A stretch of 36,821 bases of DNA from an uncultured Gammaproteobacteria bacterium (lineage in GTDB: Bacteria > Pseudomonadota > Gammaproteobacteria > CAZYCO01): positions 1,372 to 38,192 of the forward strand of contig CAZYCO010000003.1 in NCBI GenBank assembly GCA_964645885.1, written 5' to 3'. A program made the translations under genes and the position numbers. Shown here in pieces: positions 9,076 through 19,118 of this stretch (its first letter is position 1; each line of letters starts with the position of its first letter). The notes under the pieces were generated by a model. The model was not told where the DNA came from. It did no database searches and worked only from the letters and a program-made list of their open reading frames with translations.

Positions 9076-10506
9076 TTAATTTACGAAGAATTTTTTTATC
9101 CATTCAAAAAAAGTAAGCAACCCCATCGCTTCGCCACCTTCAGGATGTAATAGTGTTGAACGTAAATTCCACGCCATTAAATCAAGATGTAACCATGGAA
9201 TATCTGCTGTTAAAAATTCTTGTAAAAATAATGCGGCAATAATTGCACCGCCATAAGTATCATTACCAACATTATTCATGTCAGCAATATAACTATTGAG
9301 TAGTGAACGATAAGGACGATAAAGCGGTAATTGCCAAACTAGATCATTTAATTTCGCGGATAATTCTACAACTTGTTTTGCAAGTTCATCGCGATTAGAA
9401 AATAACACTGGAATATCGGTACCAAGTGCAATACGTGCAGCGCCTGTTAACGTTGCGAAATCAATAATTAATTCGGGTTTTTGCTCTGATGCTTTGGTTA
9501 TGGCATCGGCTAAAATTAATCGACCTTCTGCATCTGTATTGCCAATTTCAACCGATAGTCCTTTGCGAGTTGCGATAACATCCCCAGGTTTAAATGCATT
9601 ACCAGATAATACATTTTCAACAGCAGGAATAAGTACTTGTAATTGAATAGGTAAATTATATGCCATGATGAGATAAGCTAAGCCCAAAACATGCGCAGCA
9701 CCGCCCATATCTTTTTTCATCAAACGCATACCATTGCCAGGTTTAATATTTAAACCGCCGCTATCAAAACAAACCCCTTTCCCAATTAATGATAATTTTG
9801 GATGAGATGGTTTACCCCAATTTAATTCTAATAATCGCGGCGCATGCACACTTGCCTGACCTACTGCATAAATTGCTGGCAAATTATTTTTTAATAAATC
9901 TGTATCTTTAATTTCAGAAAATTTTGCGCGAAACATTTGAGCAAGTTTTTTTGTTTCTTTTGATAATTGCTCAGGATGCATATCACATGCCGGAACATTA
10001 ATTAAATCTCGAACTAAAAATATTGCTTGTAACTTATGGAATAGAGCATTGCGCTCAATAGCATGCGGTAATAATAATTTTGCTAAATGATTTTTTATTT
10101 TCTTTTTATATTTAGCAAATTTATAGCGTTGCAATCCCCACGAAAAAGATGCTTGTTCTAAAAATTCTTTTGTTTGTAACTCATCATCACATTCGATTTG
10201 ATAAATTCTTTCAGGAAGATTTTCTGCTAATTTCGCAAACAGGTTCATAGGTTGATTGTTTAAATCAACACACGCCAAAACATAATCTAATTCGCCATTT
10301 TTCTTTGGAATTAAACAAAAATCTTGAGTTTCAGGTTGGAAGTCTCGGGCTTGCAACCAAGTTTTAGTAAAACTAGGTTGTTTAGCTAACCACTTTTTAA
10401 ATCCAGAAACCAAAGTACATTTAATCGAAATCACTGGTTTATTTGTTTGCGTTACAAACTGCGTCAGTCGTGACGAAGCAAATTGTTCCAGTGATTCGAT
10501 CATCAT
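9076..10506 (-). CDS. Leucyl aminopeptidase, peptidase family M17
   Basis: GKGVCFDSGGLNIK, MKKDMGGAA, NTDAEGRLILADA and ATLTGA motifs. Confidence 0.95.
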   Translation of the reverse strand: MMIESLEQFASSRLTQFVTQTNKPVISIKCTLVSGFKKWLAKQPSFTKTWLQARDFQPETQDFCLIPKKNGELDYVLACVDLNNQPMNLFAKLAENLPERIYQIECDDELQTKEFLEQASFSWGLQRYKFAKYKKKIKNHLAKLLLPHAIERNALFHKLQAIFLVRDLINVPACDMHPEQLSKETKKLAQMFRAKFSEIKDTDLLKNNLPAIYAVGQASVHAPRLLELNWGKPSHPKLSLIGKGVCFDSGGLNIKPGNGMRLMKKDMGGAAHVLGLAYLIMAYNLPIQLQVLIPAVENVLSGNAFKPGDVIATRKGLSVEIGNTDAEGRLILADAITKASEQKPELIIDFATLTGAARIALGTDIPVLFSNRDELAKQVVELSAKLNDLVWQLPLYRPYRSLLNSYIADMNNVGNDTYGGAIIAALFLQEFLTADIPWLHLDLMAWNLRSTLLHPEGGEAMGLLTFFEWIKKFFVN

Positions 10507-10512
10507 AGCGGC

Positions 10513-11625
10513 TTACAGAATTTCGCGTGGCGGAACAAATGGTTTATTTAGCGCTTCTGCTACTGCTTTATGAGTAATATGTCCGTTGCAGACATTTAAA
10601 CCTTCAAGCAAATATGGATCTTCTAGCAATGCATTACGAAAACCTTTGTTTGCTAATTCCATAATGAATGGGAAAGTCGCATTGTTTAATGCAAAGGTAG
10701 AAGTTCTTGCAACCCCACCTGGCATATTCGCAACACAGTAATGAACGATGTGATCAATTACATAAGTTGGTTCATCATGGGTTGTTGGACGACTGGTTTC
10801 AAAGCAACCGCCTTGATCAATCGCAACGTCTACTAATACTGAACCTGGACGCATTTTTGACAACATTGAACGTTTTACTAATTTTGGAGCTGCCGCACCA
10901 GGAACTAATACTGCACCAATCACTAAATCAGCATCTAAAACATAACGTTCAATTGATTCTGCTGTTGCAAAAATGGTGTGTAATTTGCTGCCGAATTGAA
11001 AATCAAGTTCTTGCAAACGATTAAGAGAAGTATCAAGTACGGTAACTTGTGCTTCCATCCCCATCGCCATACGAATTGCATTGGTACCGACTACACCACC
11101 GCCAATTACAACTACTTTTGCAGGAGCAACGCCAGGAACACCACCTAATAAAATACCGCTACCACCTTGTGCTTTTTCTAAGCAATGCGCGCCAGCTTGA
11201 ATAGACATACGTCCTGCTACTTGGCTCATAGGTGTTAATAATGGCAAACCACCACGTGGTTGAGTTACTGTTTCATACGCAATAGCAATACATTTAGATT
11301 GAATAAGTAACTCAGCTTGTTCTGGATCTGGCGCTAAGTGTAAGTAAGTAAATAAAACTTGGCCTTCACGTAACATTTTGCATTCATTTGGTTGTGGTTC
11401 TTTTACTTTCACAATCATGTCAGCAGTAGCAAAAATATCTGCTGCGTTATTAATAATCTTCGCGCCTGCAGCAACATAATCTGCATCGCTTAAGCCAACG
11501 CCATCTCCAGCTTTGGTTTCAACTAAAACTTCATGTCCTTGAAGTGTTAATTCGCGCACGGTGGACGTCACCATACCAACTCGATATTCGCGATTTTTAA
11601 TTTCTTTTGGGACACCTATCTTCAT
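10513..11625 (-). CDS. ald: Alanine dehydrogenase
   Basis: [43 protein letters not shown] and HYCVANMPG motifs. Confidence 0.98.
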   Translation of the reverse strand: MKIGVPKEIKNREYRVGMVTSTVRELTLQGHEVLVETKAGDGVGLSDADYVAAGAKIINNAADIFATADMIVKVKEPQPNECKMLREGQVLFTYLHLAPDPEQAELLIQSKCIAIAYETVTQPRGGLPLLTPMSQVAGRMSIQAGAHCLEKAQGGSGILLGGVPGVAPAKVVVIGGGVVGTNAIRMAMGMEAQVTVLDTSLNRLQELDFQFGSKLHTIFATAESIERYVLDADLVIGAVLVPGAAAPKLVKRSMLSKMRPGSVLVDVAIDQGGCFETSRPTTHDEPTYVIDHIVHYCVANMPGGVARTSTFALNNATFPFIMELANKGFRNALLEDPYLLEGLNVCNGHITHKAVAEALNKPFVPPREIL

Positions 11626-11649
11626 GTTTTTTCTCCTAACATTTTTTAT

Positions 11650-11680
11650 GTTGGGCTGCGCTTACGCTCAACCCGGCTAC
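11650..11680 (-). repeat. GTAG-type REP-like palindrome
   Basis: Minus strand GTAGCCGGGTTGAGCGTAAGCGCAGCCCAAC; hairpin at 11653-11674 with a GTAA tetraloop, located between etfA and ald. Confidence 0.55.
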
Positions 11681-11687
11681 GTTTACT

Positions 11688-12644
11688 CTACTTTGAAACT
11701 GGTGGGTTTAATTTTTCAATTTCAGACATCAACTCGGGAAGAATCTGAAATAAATCACCGACTAGACCATAATCTGCAATTTGAAAAATAGGCGCATCTG
11801 GATCCTTATTAATAGCAACAATAACTTTACTATCTTTCATCCCAGCTAAATGTTGAATGGCACCTGAAATTCCAATCGCAATATAAAGTTTTGGTGCAAC
11901 GACTTTTCCTGTTTGTCCCACTTGATAATCATTTGGCACAAATCCAGCATCGACAGCAGCGCGAGATGCACCTACAGCTGCACCTAGTTTATCTGCAAGT
12001 TGATCAATCAACTTGAAGTTTTCGCCACTTTGTAATCCTCGTCCGCCTGAAATCACAATTTCTGCAGCAGTTAATTCAGGACGTTCCGATTTACTTACTT
12101 CTTGTTTTACAAAACGACTTTTATCGAATGACTTAGAAACAGGAATGTTTTCAATTGGTGCATGTTGCTCTGTTGTTGCAACTGGTTCAAAAGCAGTAGG
12201 ACGAATTGTAATTACTTTTTTAGCATCGAGTGATTTCACTGTTGCTAAAGCATTACCTGCATAAATAGGTCTGATGAATGTGTCTTTATCGATAATTGAT
12301 ATGACTTCTGAAATTTGAGCAACATCAAGTAAAGCTGCAACACGTGGCAATACATTTTTACCAAATGAAGATGCAGCAGCTAAAATATTGTCAGAAGCTT
12401 GTGCAATATCTGCAATTATTAGTGAAGAAATTTCTGCTAATTGATGTTGTAGCGATAAATCATCTACTAACAATACGCTTGAAACACCTTCAAGTTTAGA
12501 AGCTTCTTCTGCAATTTGTTTACAATTTGAACCTAAAACTAGTGCGGTAATTGGTTGCTGTAATTTCGCAGCAGCAGAAATCAAATGCTTATTTGAAGCT
12601 TTAAATGTGTGGTTATCGTGTTCAATGATGACAAGTGTAGCCAT
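11688..12644 (-). CDS. etfA: Electron transfer flavoprotein alpha subunit
   Basis: RPIYAGNA, ISGGRGL, GASRAAVDAG, QVGQTGK and GISGAIQHLAGM motifs. Confidence 0.98.
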   Translation of the reverse strand: MATLVIIEHDNHTFKASNKHLISAAAKLQQPITALVLGSNCKQIAEEASKLEGVSSVLLVDDLSLQHQLAEISSLIIADIAQASDNILAAASSFGKNVLPRVAALLDVAQISEVISIIDKDTFIRPIYAGNALATVKSLDAKKVITIRPTAFEPVATTEQHAPIENIPVSKSFDKSRFVKQEVSKSERPELTAAEIVISGGRGLQSGENFKLIDQLADKLGAAVGASRAAVDAGFVPNDYQVGQTGKVVAPKLYIAIGISGAIQHLAGMKDSKVIVAINKDPDAPIFQIADYGLVGDLFQILPELMSEIEKLNPPVSK

Positions 12645-13397
12645 TTAGATCACCTTTGCTTCTTCACGTAATTTTTTAATAAGCTCTTTTGCATTTTCAA
12701 CTTTAATACCTGCGGTTCTTTCTGCTGGTGCTTTTACATTTAATGTTGAGAGATGCTGTTTAATCGACACGCCTAATTCATCTAATTTAATTATTGCGAT
12801 CGGTTTTTGTTTTGCTTTCATGATGTTTGGTAATGATGCATAACGCGGATCATTTAAACGTAAATCGGTAGTAACAACTGCAGGTAATGAAATAGAAACT
12901 GTCTCTAAACCGCCATCTATTTCTCGAATTACAGTTGCTTGATTGTTTTCTATTGTTAATTTTGATGCGAATGTACCTTGTGGCCAATTCAGTAACGCAG
13001 CAAGCATTTGTCCGGTTTGATTATTGTCACCATCAATGGCTTGCTTACCAAGAATGACTAAATCTGGTGATTCTTTTTTAACGATTGCTTTTAACACTTT
13101 AGCAATATTTAAAGGCTCTAATTCTGTTTGATTACTCTCAATCAAAATACCGCGATCCGCACCTAAAGCTAAACCAGCACGAATAGTTTCTTGAGAAGCT
13201 GTTGTTCCTATCGATACCAGTACAATTTCTTTTGCAATATTTGCTTCTTTAAGGCGTACCGCTTCTTCCACTGCGATTTCATCAAAAGGATTCATCGACA
13301 TTTTGACATTATTGGTTTCGACGCCAGTTTGATCGGATTTCACCCGAATACGGACATAAGGGTCAATAACACGTTTCACTGCGACAAGGATTTTCAT
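12645..13397 (-). CDS. etfB: Electron transfer flavoprotein beta subunit
   Basis: [12 protein letters not shown] start (ATG 13397, CAGGA RBS); [17 protein letters not shown] and [13 protein letters not shown] motifs. Confidence 0.98.
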   Translation of the reverse strand: MKILVAVKRVIDPYVRIRVKSDQTGVETNNVKMSMNPFDEIAVEEAVRLKEANIAKEIVLVSIGTTASQETIRAGLALGADRGILIESNQTELEPLNIAKVLKAIVKKESPDLVILGKQAIDGDNNQTGQMLAALLNWPQGTFASKLTIENNQATVIREIDGGLETVSISLPAVVTTDLRLNDPRYASLPNIMKAKQKPIAIIKLDELGVSIKQHLSTLNVKAPAERTAGIKVENAKELIKKLREEAKVI

Positions 13398-13446
13398 TAG
13401 GATTTCCTGTGTAATTTTTACAAAACGCCCCTTTAAAAAGAGGGGC

Positions 13447-13479
13447 ATCTTGACCGCTCTTCATGAGCAGGTCAATACT
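13447..13479. promoter_or_regulatory. Palindromic element in the etfB / ETF-QO divergent spacer (overlapping promoters or operator)
   Basis: TTGACC-GCTC-TTCAT-GAGC-A-GGTCAA at 13450-13475; each half reads as a TTGACC -35 hexamer with a weak -10 at 17-18 bp. Confidence 0.5.
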
Positions 13480-13517
13480 TTCGACCTTCGTTTTATAGCT
13501 GCAACAAGGAAGCGTTT

Positions 13518-15152
13518 GTGACACGAGAAAAAATGATTTATGACGTTGTAATCGTAGGTGGTGGACCAGCTGGTTTAACTGCTGCTATCCGTCTTAAACA
13601 GCTAGCACAACAATATGATACCGACGTTCGTGTTTGTATCATTGAAAAAGGAGCAAGCATTGGCGCTCACATTCTTTCGGGCGCGGTTTTAGAACCTAAA
13701 ACCTTGTATGAGCTATTCCCGAATTGGCAATCACTAGATTCACCTGTAACACGTAGCGTCACACAAGATCAGTTTTTATTTTTAACTGAAAAACACTCTT
13801 TTCGGCTACCTACTCCTCCTCAAATGAAGAACCATGGCAACTACATCATTAGTCTAGAACAATTTTGCAAATGGTTAGCCTCACAAGCTGAAAATTTAGG
13901 TGTGGAAATTTACCCCGGATTTGCTGCAAGCGAAGTGTTAATTGACGATCAAGATCGAGTTTACGGTATTGCAACTGGAGATGTTGGTATAGCAAAAAAT
14001 GGTGAACATACATCACATTATCAACCTGGAATGGAATTACACGCTAAACAAATTTTATTTGCTGAAGGTTGCAGAGGTTCATTAACAAGACAATTAATTG
14101 AAAAATTTAAACTTCAAGAAAATTCACAACCGCAAAGTTACGCTATTGGTATAAAAGAGTTATGGGAAGTAGATAGTCCTGAATATGTTCCAGGAAAAGT
14201 TACTCATTCCATCGGTTGGCCATTGGATCAAAAAACATATGGCGGTTCATTCATTTATCACTTAGATAACAATCGTGTTGCGGTAGGTTTTGTTGTTGGT
14301 CTGGATTATCAAAATCCATATTTAAGTCCTTTCGATGAAATGCAACGATTTAAGACTCATACAGCAATTAAACCTTTATTTCAAAATGGCAAACGTTTGT
14401 GTTATGGCGCACGAGCATTAAATGAAGGTGGTTTTCAATCTATTCCAAAACTTACATTCAAAGGTGGAATGTTAATTGGTGATTGCGCTGGCTTTTTAAA
14501 TGTTCCCAAAATTAAAGGTACACATACCGCAATGAAATCGGCAATGATTGCTGCTGACACTGTTTTTGATGCACTGGTAGATGAACGTGCTGCTGGTAAT
14601 GAATTATCAGAATATCGTTCACGTTTAGAACATAGTTGGTTGTGGCAAGAATTACACCAAGTTAGAAATATCAGGCCTGCATTCAAATATGGATTAATCC
14701 CAGGTTTGATGTATGCCGGTATTGAAACGTATTTGCTTAAAGGCAAAGAACCTTGGACATTCAAATATCATGCCGATCACACTACATTGAAAAAAGCAGC
14801 TGATTGCACACCTATTGCATATCCTAAGCCAGATAATCAAATTACTTTTGATCGACTTTCATCTGTATTTTTATCCAATACCTATCATGAAGAAAATCAA
14901 CCTTGCCACCTTAAGTTAAAGGATCCCGTAAAAGCGATCGATATAAATTATAAATTATATGATTCACCTGAAAGTCGTTACTGTCCTGCTGCAGTATATG
15001 AAATTGTCTATACTGAAAATAAGGACCCTTACCTACAAATCAACGCGCAGAATTGCGTGCATTGTAAAACTTGCGATATCAAAGATCCTACACAAAACAT
15101 TGTGTGGACTACTCCGCAAGGAGGCGAGGGCCCAAATTATTCTGAGATGTAG
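13518..15152 (+). CDS. etfD: Electron transfer flavoprotein-ubiquinone oxidoreductase
   Basis: GGGPAG FAD motif, GAHILSGA, NVPKIKGTHTAMKS, and 4Fe-4S ligands RYCPAAVYE and CVHCKTCDIKDP; GTG start. Confidence 0.97.
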   Translation: MTREKMIYDVVIVGGGPAGLTAAIRLKQLAQQYDTDVRVCIIEKGASIGAHILSGAVLEPKTLYELFPNWQSLDSPVTRSVTQDQFLFLTEKHSFRLPTPPQMKNHGNYIISLEQFCKWLASQAENLGVEIYPGFAASEVLIDDQDRVYGIATGDVGIAKNGEHTSHYQPGMELHAKQILFAEGCRGSLTRQLIEKFKLQENSQPQSYAIGIKELWEVDSPEYVPGKVTHSIGWPLDQKTYGGSFIYHLDNNRVAVGFVVGLDYQNPYLSPFDEMQRFKTHTAIKPLFQNGKRLCYGARALNEGGFQSIPKLTFKGGMLIGDCAGFLNVPKIKGTHTAMKSAMIAADTVFDALVDERAAGNELSEYRSRLEHSWLWQELHQVRNIRPAFKYGLIPGLMYAGIETYLLKGKEPWTFKYHADHTTLKKAADCTPIAYPKPDNQITFDRLSSVFLSNTYHEENQPCHLKLKDPVKAIDINYKLYDSPESRYCPAAVYEIVYTENKDPYLQINAQNCVHCKTCDIKDPTQNIVWTTPQGGEGPNYSEM

Positions 15153-15180
15153 TTCGTTAAAACCAAGTGATAAGAGCGTA

Positions 15181-15294
15181 TGTTTATTGTAATGCGCTGC
15201 GTTTAGTGAAGAAGGTTTCTAAAAATGCGCTTGGTCGAGAGTAGCAATGCAAAGCATTGCAGTCTTGCTATAACGTAGCGCATTGCAATAAGTA
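15181..15294 (+). repeat. Long inverted repeat with an internal hairpin (REPIN/MITE-like element, structured RNA or bidirectional terminator)
   Basis: 15181-15203 pairs with 15272-15294 (23 bp, all non-Watson-Crick pairs are G.U on +). The stem extends inward; inner hairpin GCAATGC-AAA-GCATTGC at 15244-15260. Confidence 0.7.
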
Positions 15295-15296
15295 GA

Positions 15297-16673
15297 TTAA
15301 AACGGTAACTCTAAACTTTCATCAATTGTTTTTAATTGTTGCTTAAACAGATCTTGGATTTGTTGTAACGATTTTTCATCTTCTGCTTCAAAGCGAAAAA
15401 TTAAAGCTGGTGTCGTATTTGACGCTCTCATCAAACCCCAACCATTGTTAAATTCAACTCTTATGCCATCAATTGTTTTTATTTCGCCATCTGCAAACTG
15501 CGCTTGTTTTTGAAGCGCTTCCACCAATGAGAACTTTTTGCTTTCATCAACATAAACAACTATTTCTGGTGTATTTACACTGTTAGGTAAATGCTTAAAT
15601 AACTGAACGCTGTCAGCTTGTTCAGATAACATTTGCAAGAGACGTGCCGCAGCATAAAGTGCAGCATCAAAACCAAACCATTGGTCTTTAAAATAAAGAT
15701 GCCCGCTCATTTCACCTGCTAACAAAGCGTGTGTTTCTTTCATTTTTTTCTTAATTAATGAGTGACCTGTACGCCACATGATTGGCTGCCCACCAAGTTT
15801 AACGATGGTATTTGCAAGATGAGATGTACATTTAACATCAAACACAACTGCAGAATCAGGATTATGTTTTAAAACATCTTCAGCAAATAACATCATTAAT
15901 CGATCAGGCCATATAATTTCGCCTAAAGGACTAATAACACCTAATCGATCGCCATCGCCATCAAAAGCAATACCAATATCAGCGTGCTGTTTTTTCACTT
16001 GTTCAATTAAATCATGCACATTTTCAGGTTCGCTTGGATTTGGATGATGGTTTGGAAACGTGCCATCGACCTCACAATAAAGTTCAATCAAATTCGCACC
16101 TAAAGCTTTAAATAATGCAGGTGCAATTTTGCCTGCTATACCGTTACCGCAATCAACTACTATTTTTAATGGTCGTTTCAGTTGAATACGTTTAGACATC
16201 ATTTCAATGTAATTAGAAATGACATCGGGTTGCTCTAACGAACCTTCTCCAGTTGCTAATTGTTGCGATTGAATACGTTGATAAATTTCTTGAATACGCT
16301 CTTCAGCTAGAGTTTCGCCGGCCACGACTATTTTTAAACCATTGTAATCAGGTGGATTATGGCTACCGGTAATCATGACGCCTGATTGAGTAGATAGAGT
16401 ATGAGTTGCAAAATATAGAAGAGGTGTTGGAACTGCGCCGATATCAATAACGTTACATCCTGCGGCTTGAATTCCTTCATTTAAAGCTTTTTGTAGCGTA
16501 GGACTCGACAATCGGCCATCTCGAGCAGTAATTATCGTTTTTTGGCCTTTTTCTAAAGCTATTGTTGCAATCGCTCGACCAATCCACCATACACCGTCGA
16601 TTGTTAATGTTTTACCAACAACGCCGCGAATATCATATGCACGAAAAATAGTTTGTTCTGGTAATTGCTTCAC
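15297..16673 (-). CDS. algC: Phosphomannomutase/phosphoglucomutase (AlgC-like)
   Basis: IFRAYDIRG, TGSHNP phosphoserine loop, FDGDGDR, GEMSGH and RASNT motifs; GTG start. Confidence 0.93.
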   Translation of the reverse strand: MKQLPEQTIFRAYDIRGVVGKTLTIDGVWWIGRAIATIALEKGQKTIITARDGRLSSPTLQKALNEGIQAAGCNVIDIGAVPTPLLYFATHTLSTQSGVMITGSHNPPDYNGLKIVVAGETLAEERIQEIYQRIQSQQLATGEGSLEQPDVISNYIEMMSKRIQLKRPLKIVVDCGNGIAGKIAPALFKALGANLIELYCEVDGTFPNHHPNPSEPENVHDLIEQVKKQHADIGIAFDGDGDRLGVISPLGEIIWPDRLMMLFAEDVLKHNPDSAVVFDVKCTSHLANTIVKLGGQPIMWRTGHSLIKKKMKETHALLAGEMSGHLYFKDQWFGFDAALYAAARLLQMLSEQADSVQLFKHLPNSVNTPEIVVYVDESKKFSLVEALQKQAQFADGEIKTIDGIRVEFNNGWGLMRASNTTPALIFRFEAEDEKSLQQIQDLFKQQLKTIDESLELPF

Positions 16674-16724
16674 TGAAGAAATCCTTAAAATTATTTAATG
16701 TCAAAAACGTCATTTGGGATTTTT

Positions 16725-16756
16725 ATTATAGCGTTCCAAAAACACATCGATATAAT
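16725..16756. promoter_or_regulatory. Back-to-back consensus -10 boxes for divergent PMM/PGM and pgi
   Basis: TATAAT on - at 16725-16730 and TATAAT on + at 16751-16756. Confidence 0.45.
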
Positions 16757-16788
16757 CATGTTTTTTTTAAAATTACTATTCCATCTTC

Positions 16789-18402
16789 ATGTCTACTAAA
16801 GAGAGCATTTGGCATCAGCTTCAAGCACATCAACAAACGATTGCTACGCAACATATGCGCAATTGGTTTCAAAAAGACCCACAAAGAGCCGAACGTTTTT
16901 CGCTAAAAGTATCTAATCTGTTTTTAGATTTTTCCAAAAACCGGATTACTGATGAAACATTGTCATTATTAACAACTCTTGCGATCGCTTGTAACTTACC
17001 TGAAAAAATTAAAGCGCTATCACAAGGCTTATTTGAAAATTTCACAGAAAAAAAACCCGTTTTACATCCTTTTTTACGCCTACAAGAAAGCTCCACGTTA
17101 AATCCTGAAATTCATAATGAAATTAAACAAAATCAAAAACGTATGATTGAGTTTGCAGAGATTATCCGTTGTGGTGATTGGCTTGGATATACTGGTAAGC
17201 CAATCACTGATGTAATCAACATTGGAATCGGCGGCTCAGATTTAGGTTCAAAATTTGTTATTGATGCTCTTACGCCCTATATAACATCAAAAATACGTTT
17301 TCATTTTTTATCTAATATTGATGATGAAGCGTTTTACGCCCTAGTAAAAAAAATAAATCCGGAAACTAGTTTATTTATTGTGGCATCAAAATCATTTGAT
17401 AGTGTAGAAACATTGTTAAATGCAAATTCGATTAAAAATTTATTTGCACCTATTTCTAAAGAAAAAATTGAAAAGCATTTTGTGGCTTTAACTGCAAATA
17501 TAGAAAAAGCACTCAATTTTGGTATTCCAACATCTAATATTTTTCATATTTCTGATTGGGTGAATGGTCGTTTTTCTTTATGGTCTTCTGTTGGTTTAGC
17601 AATTGCGATTGCATTAGGCGAAAAACAGTTTAAAGAGTTATTAAATGGGGCCGCAGAAATGGATCAACATTTCTTTCAAGCTCCACTTGCTCAAAATATG
17701 CCTGTTATTATGGCTTTGCTTTGTGTCTGGTATGTTAATTTTTTTGGCGCGCAAAGCTTAGCTATCATTCCTTATGATTATTTATTGCAATTCTTACCTG
17801 CTTATTTACAACAAGCTCACATGGAAAGTTGTGGAAAATCTGTAAATTCAAAAGGGGAAATAATAAATTATTCGACATCGCCTATTATTTGGGGAGCATT
17901 AGGTTGCGATGGTCAACATTCATTTCACCAATTATTTCATCAAGGAACAGAGTTAGTCCCTATCGATTTCATTCTCAGCCAGCAAAGCCAACACGATTTG
18001 ACTGACCATCGTGATTTATTAATTGCGAATTGTTTAAGTCAAAGCCAAGCATTGATGATGGGAAAATGGAAAGAAGATATTTTATCTGATAATCAAAATA
18101 CCTCGGATACATTATTAAAACATAAAATTATTCACGGTAATAAACCCAGTAACACATTAATGCTAACGTCAATTTCACCACGTGCTATTGGTGAACTGCT
18201 TGCACTTTATGAGCATAAAATTTTTGTGCAAAGTGTAATTTGGGACATCAATGCTTATGATCAGTGGGGAGTAGAACTTGGGAAGCAACTTTCATCTACC
18301 ATTCTTTCTTTTTTAGAAAATAAAGATCATTCATTTAACTTTGATAGCTCAACTAAACAATTAATAGATCTTTATTCAACAACTCGAAAAAAAGAAAAAT
18401 AG
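16789..18402 (+). CDS. pgi: Glucose-6-phosphate isomerase (divergent)
   Basis: LDFSKN, IGIGGSDLG, GRFSLWS, QQAHMES, GQHSFHQLFHQGT and DQWGVELGK motifs. Confidence 0.95.
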   Translation: MSTKESIWHQLQAHQQTIATQHMRNWFQKDPQRAERFSLKVSNLFLDFSKNRITDETLSLLTTLAIACNLPEKIKALSQGLFENFTEKKPVLHPFLRLQESSTLNPEIHNEIKQNQKRMIEFAEIIRCGDWLGYTGKPITDVINIGIGGSDLGSKFVIDALTPYITSKIRFHFLSNIDDEAFYALVKKINPETSLFIVASKSFDSVETLLNANSIKNLFAPISKEKIEKHFVALTANIEKALNFGIPTSNIFHISDWVNGRFSLWSSVGLAIAIALGEKQFKELLNGAAEMDQHFFQAPLAQNMPVIMALLCVWYVNFFGAQSLAIIPYDYLLQFLPAYLQQAHMESCGKSVNSKGEIINYSTSPIIWGALGCDGQHSFHQLFHQGTELVPIDFILSQQSQHDLTDHRDLLIANCLSQSQALMMGKWKEDILSDNQNTSDTLLKHKIIHGNKPSNTLMLTSISPRAIGELLALYEHKIFVQSVIWDINAYDQWGVELGKQLSSTILSFLENKDHSFNFDSSTKQLIDLYSTTRKKEK

Positions 18403-19038
18403 TTATTGGCCTTTGCGACGCAACATAACAAGAATTGTTCGAACCAGAATACGCAAATCTAATCTTAATCCCATACGTTGAATATAAAGTTTATCAAATC
18501 GTAATTTACGTTTTACATCAGCAATGGAAGCATCATAACGATAGCGAGTTTGAGCTAATCCTGTAATACCTGGTTTTACTTTATGACGTTCTTCATATCC
18601 AGGAATAACTTTTTGAAATTCTTCCGTAAAAAAAGGACGTTCAGGTCTCGGGCCAACAATACTCATTTCACCTTTCAACACATTCCAAAATTGTGGTAAT
18701 TCATCTAGATGTGTTTTTCGAAGAAAATGTCCTATACGAGTAATACGTTGATCTTTTACGCCTTGCGACCATTTTGGGCCATCTTTTTCTGCGTCAGTCA
18801 CCATAGAACGAAATTTATAAATGGTAAAAATACGCCCCTTTCTACCTACTCGTTCTTGGCCATAAATAACCGGACCTGGTGATTCAATTTTTATGACCAG
18901 TGCAATAAGCAACATTAATGGTGAAAGGAGAATTAAGGCCACAATCGAACCTACAATATCAATAGCCCTTTTAATTGGCCTACGCCAATGTCTCCAAAGC
19001 TGTTTAAGTTTAATAATTAAGTTTGATGTGGATTTCAT
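18403..19038 (-). CDS. Small monotopic phosphoglycosyl transferase (bacterial sugar transferase; PglC / WcaJ C-terminal type)
   Basis: KRAIDI, LLSP re-entrant helix, KFRSM, LDELPQ catalytic dyad, [11 protein letters not shown] and KPGITGLAQ motifs. Confidence 0.93.
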   Translation of the reverse strand: MKSTSNLIIKLKQLWRHWRRPIKRAIDIVGSIVALILLSPLMLLIALVIKIESPGPVIYGQERVGRKGRIFTIYKFRSMVTDAEKDGPKWSQGVKDQRITRIGHFLRKTHLDELPQFWNVLKGEMSIVGPRPERPFFTEEFQKVIPGYEERHKVKPGITGLAQTRYRYDASIADVKRKLRFDKLYIQRMGLRLDLRILVRTILVMLRRKGQ

Positions 19039-19118
19039 TTAATTTAAGAATAAGCTTGCTTGAGCGATCTAAAGCGTCATTTTACTAACAGAATTCTACT
19101 TTTAACAATTAAAACAGC

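Noticed and set aside
13501-13514. ACAAGGAAG before ETF-QO as a CsrA site
   Set aside because: A single GGA that is fully explained as the Shine-Dalgarno sequence.
15181-15294. The long hairpin as tRNA, SRP RNA, 6S RNA or a CRISPR repeat
   Set aside because: No cloverleaf or TTCG arm, no SRP GGAAGCAG motif, too short for 6S, and no regularly spaced direct repeats.
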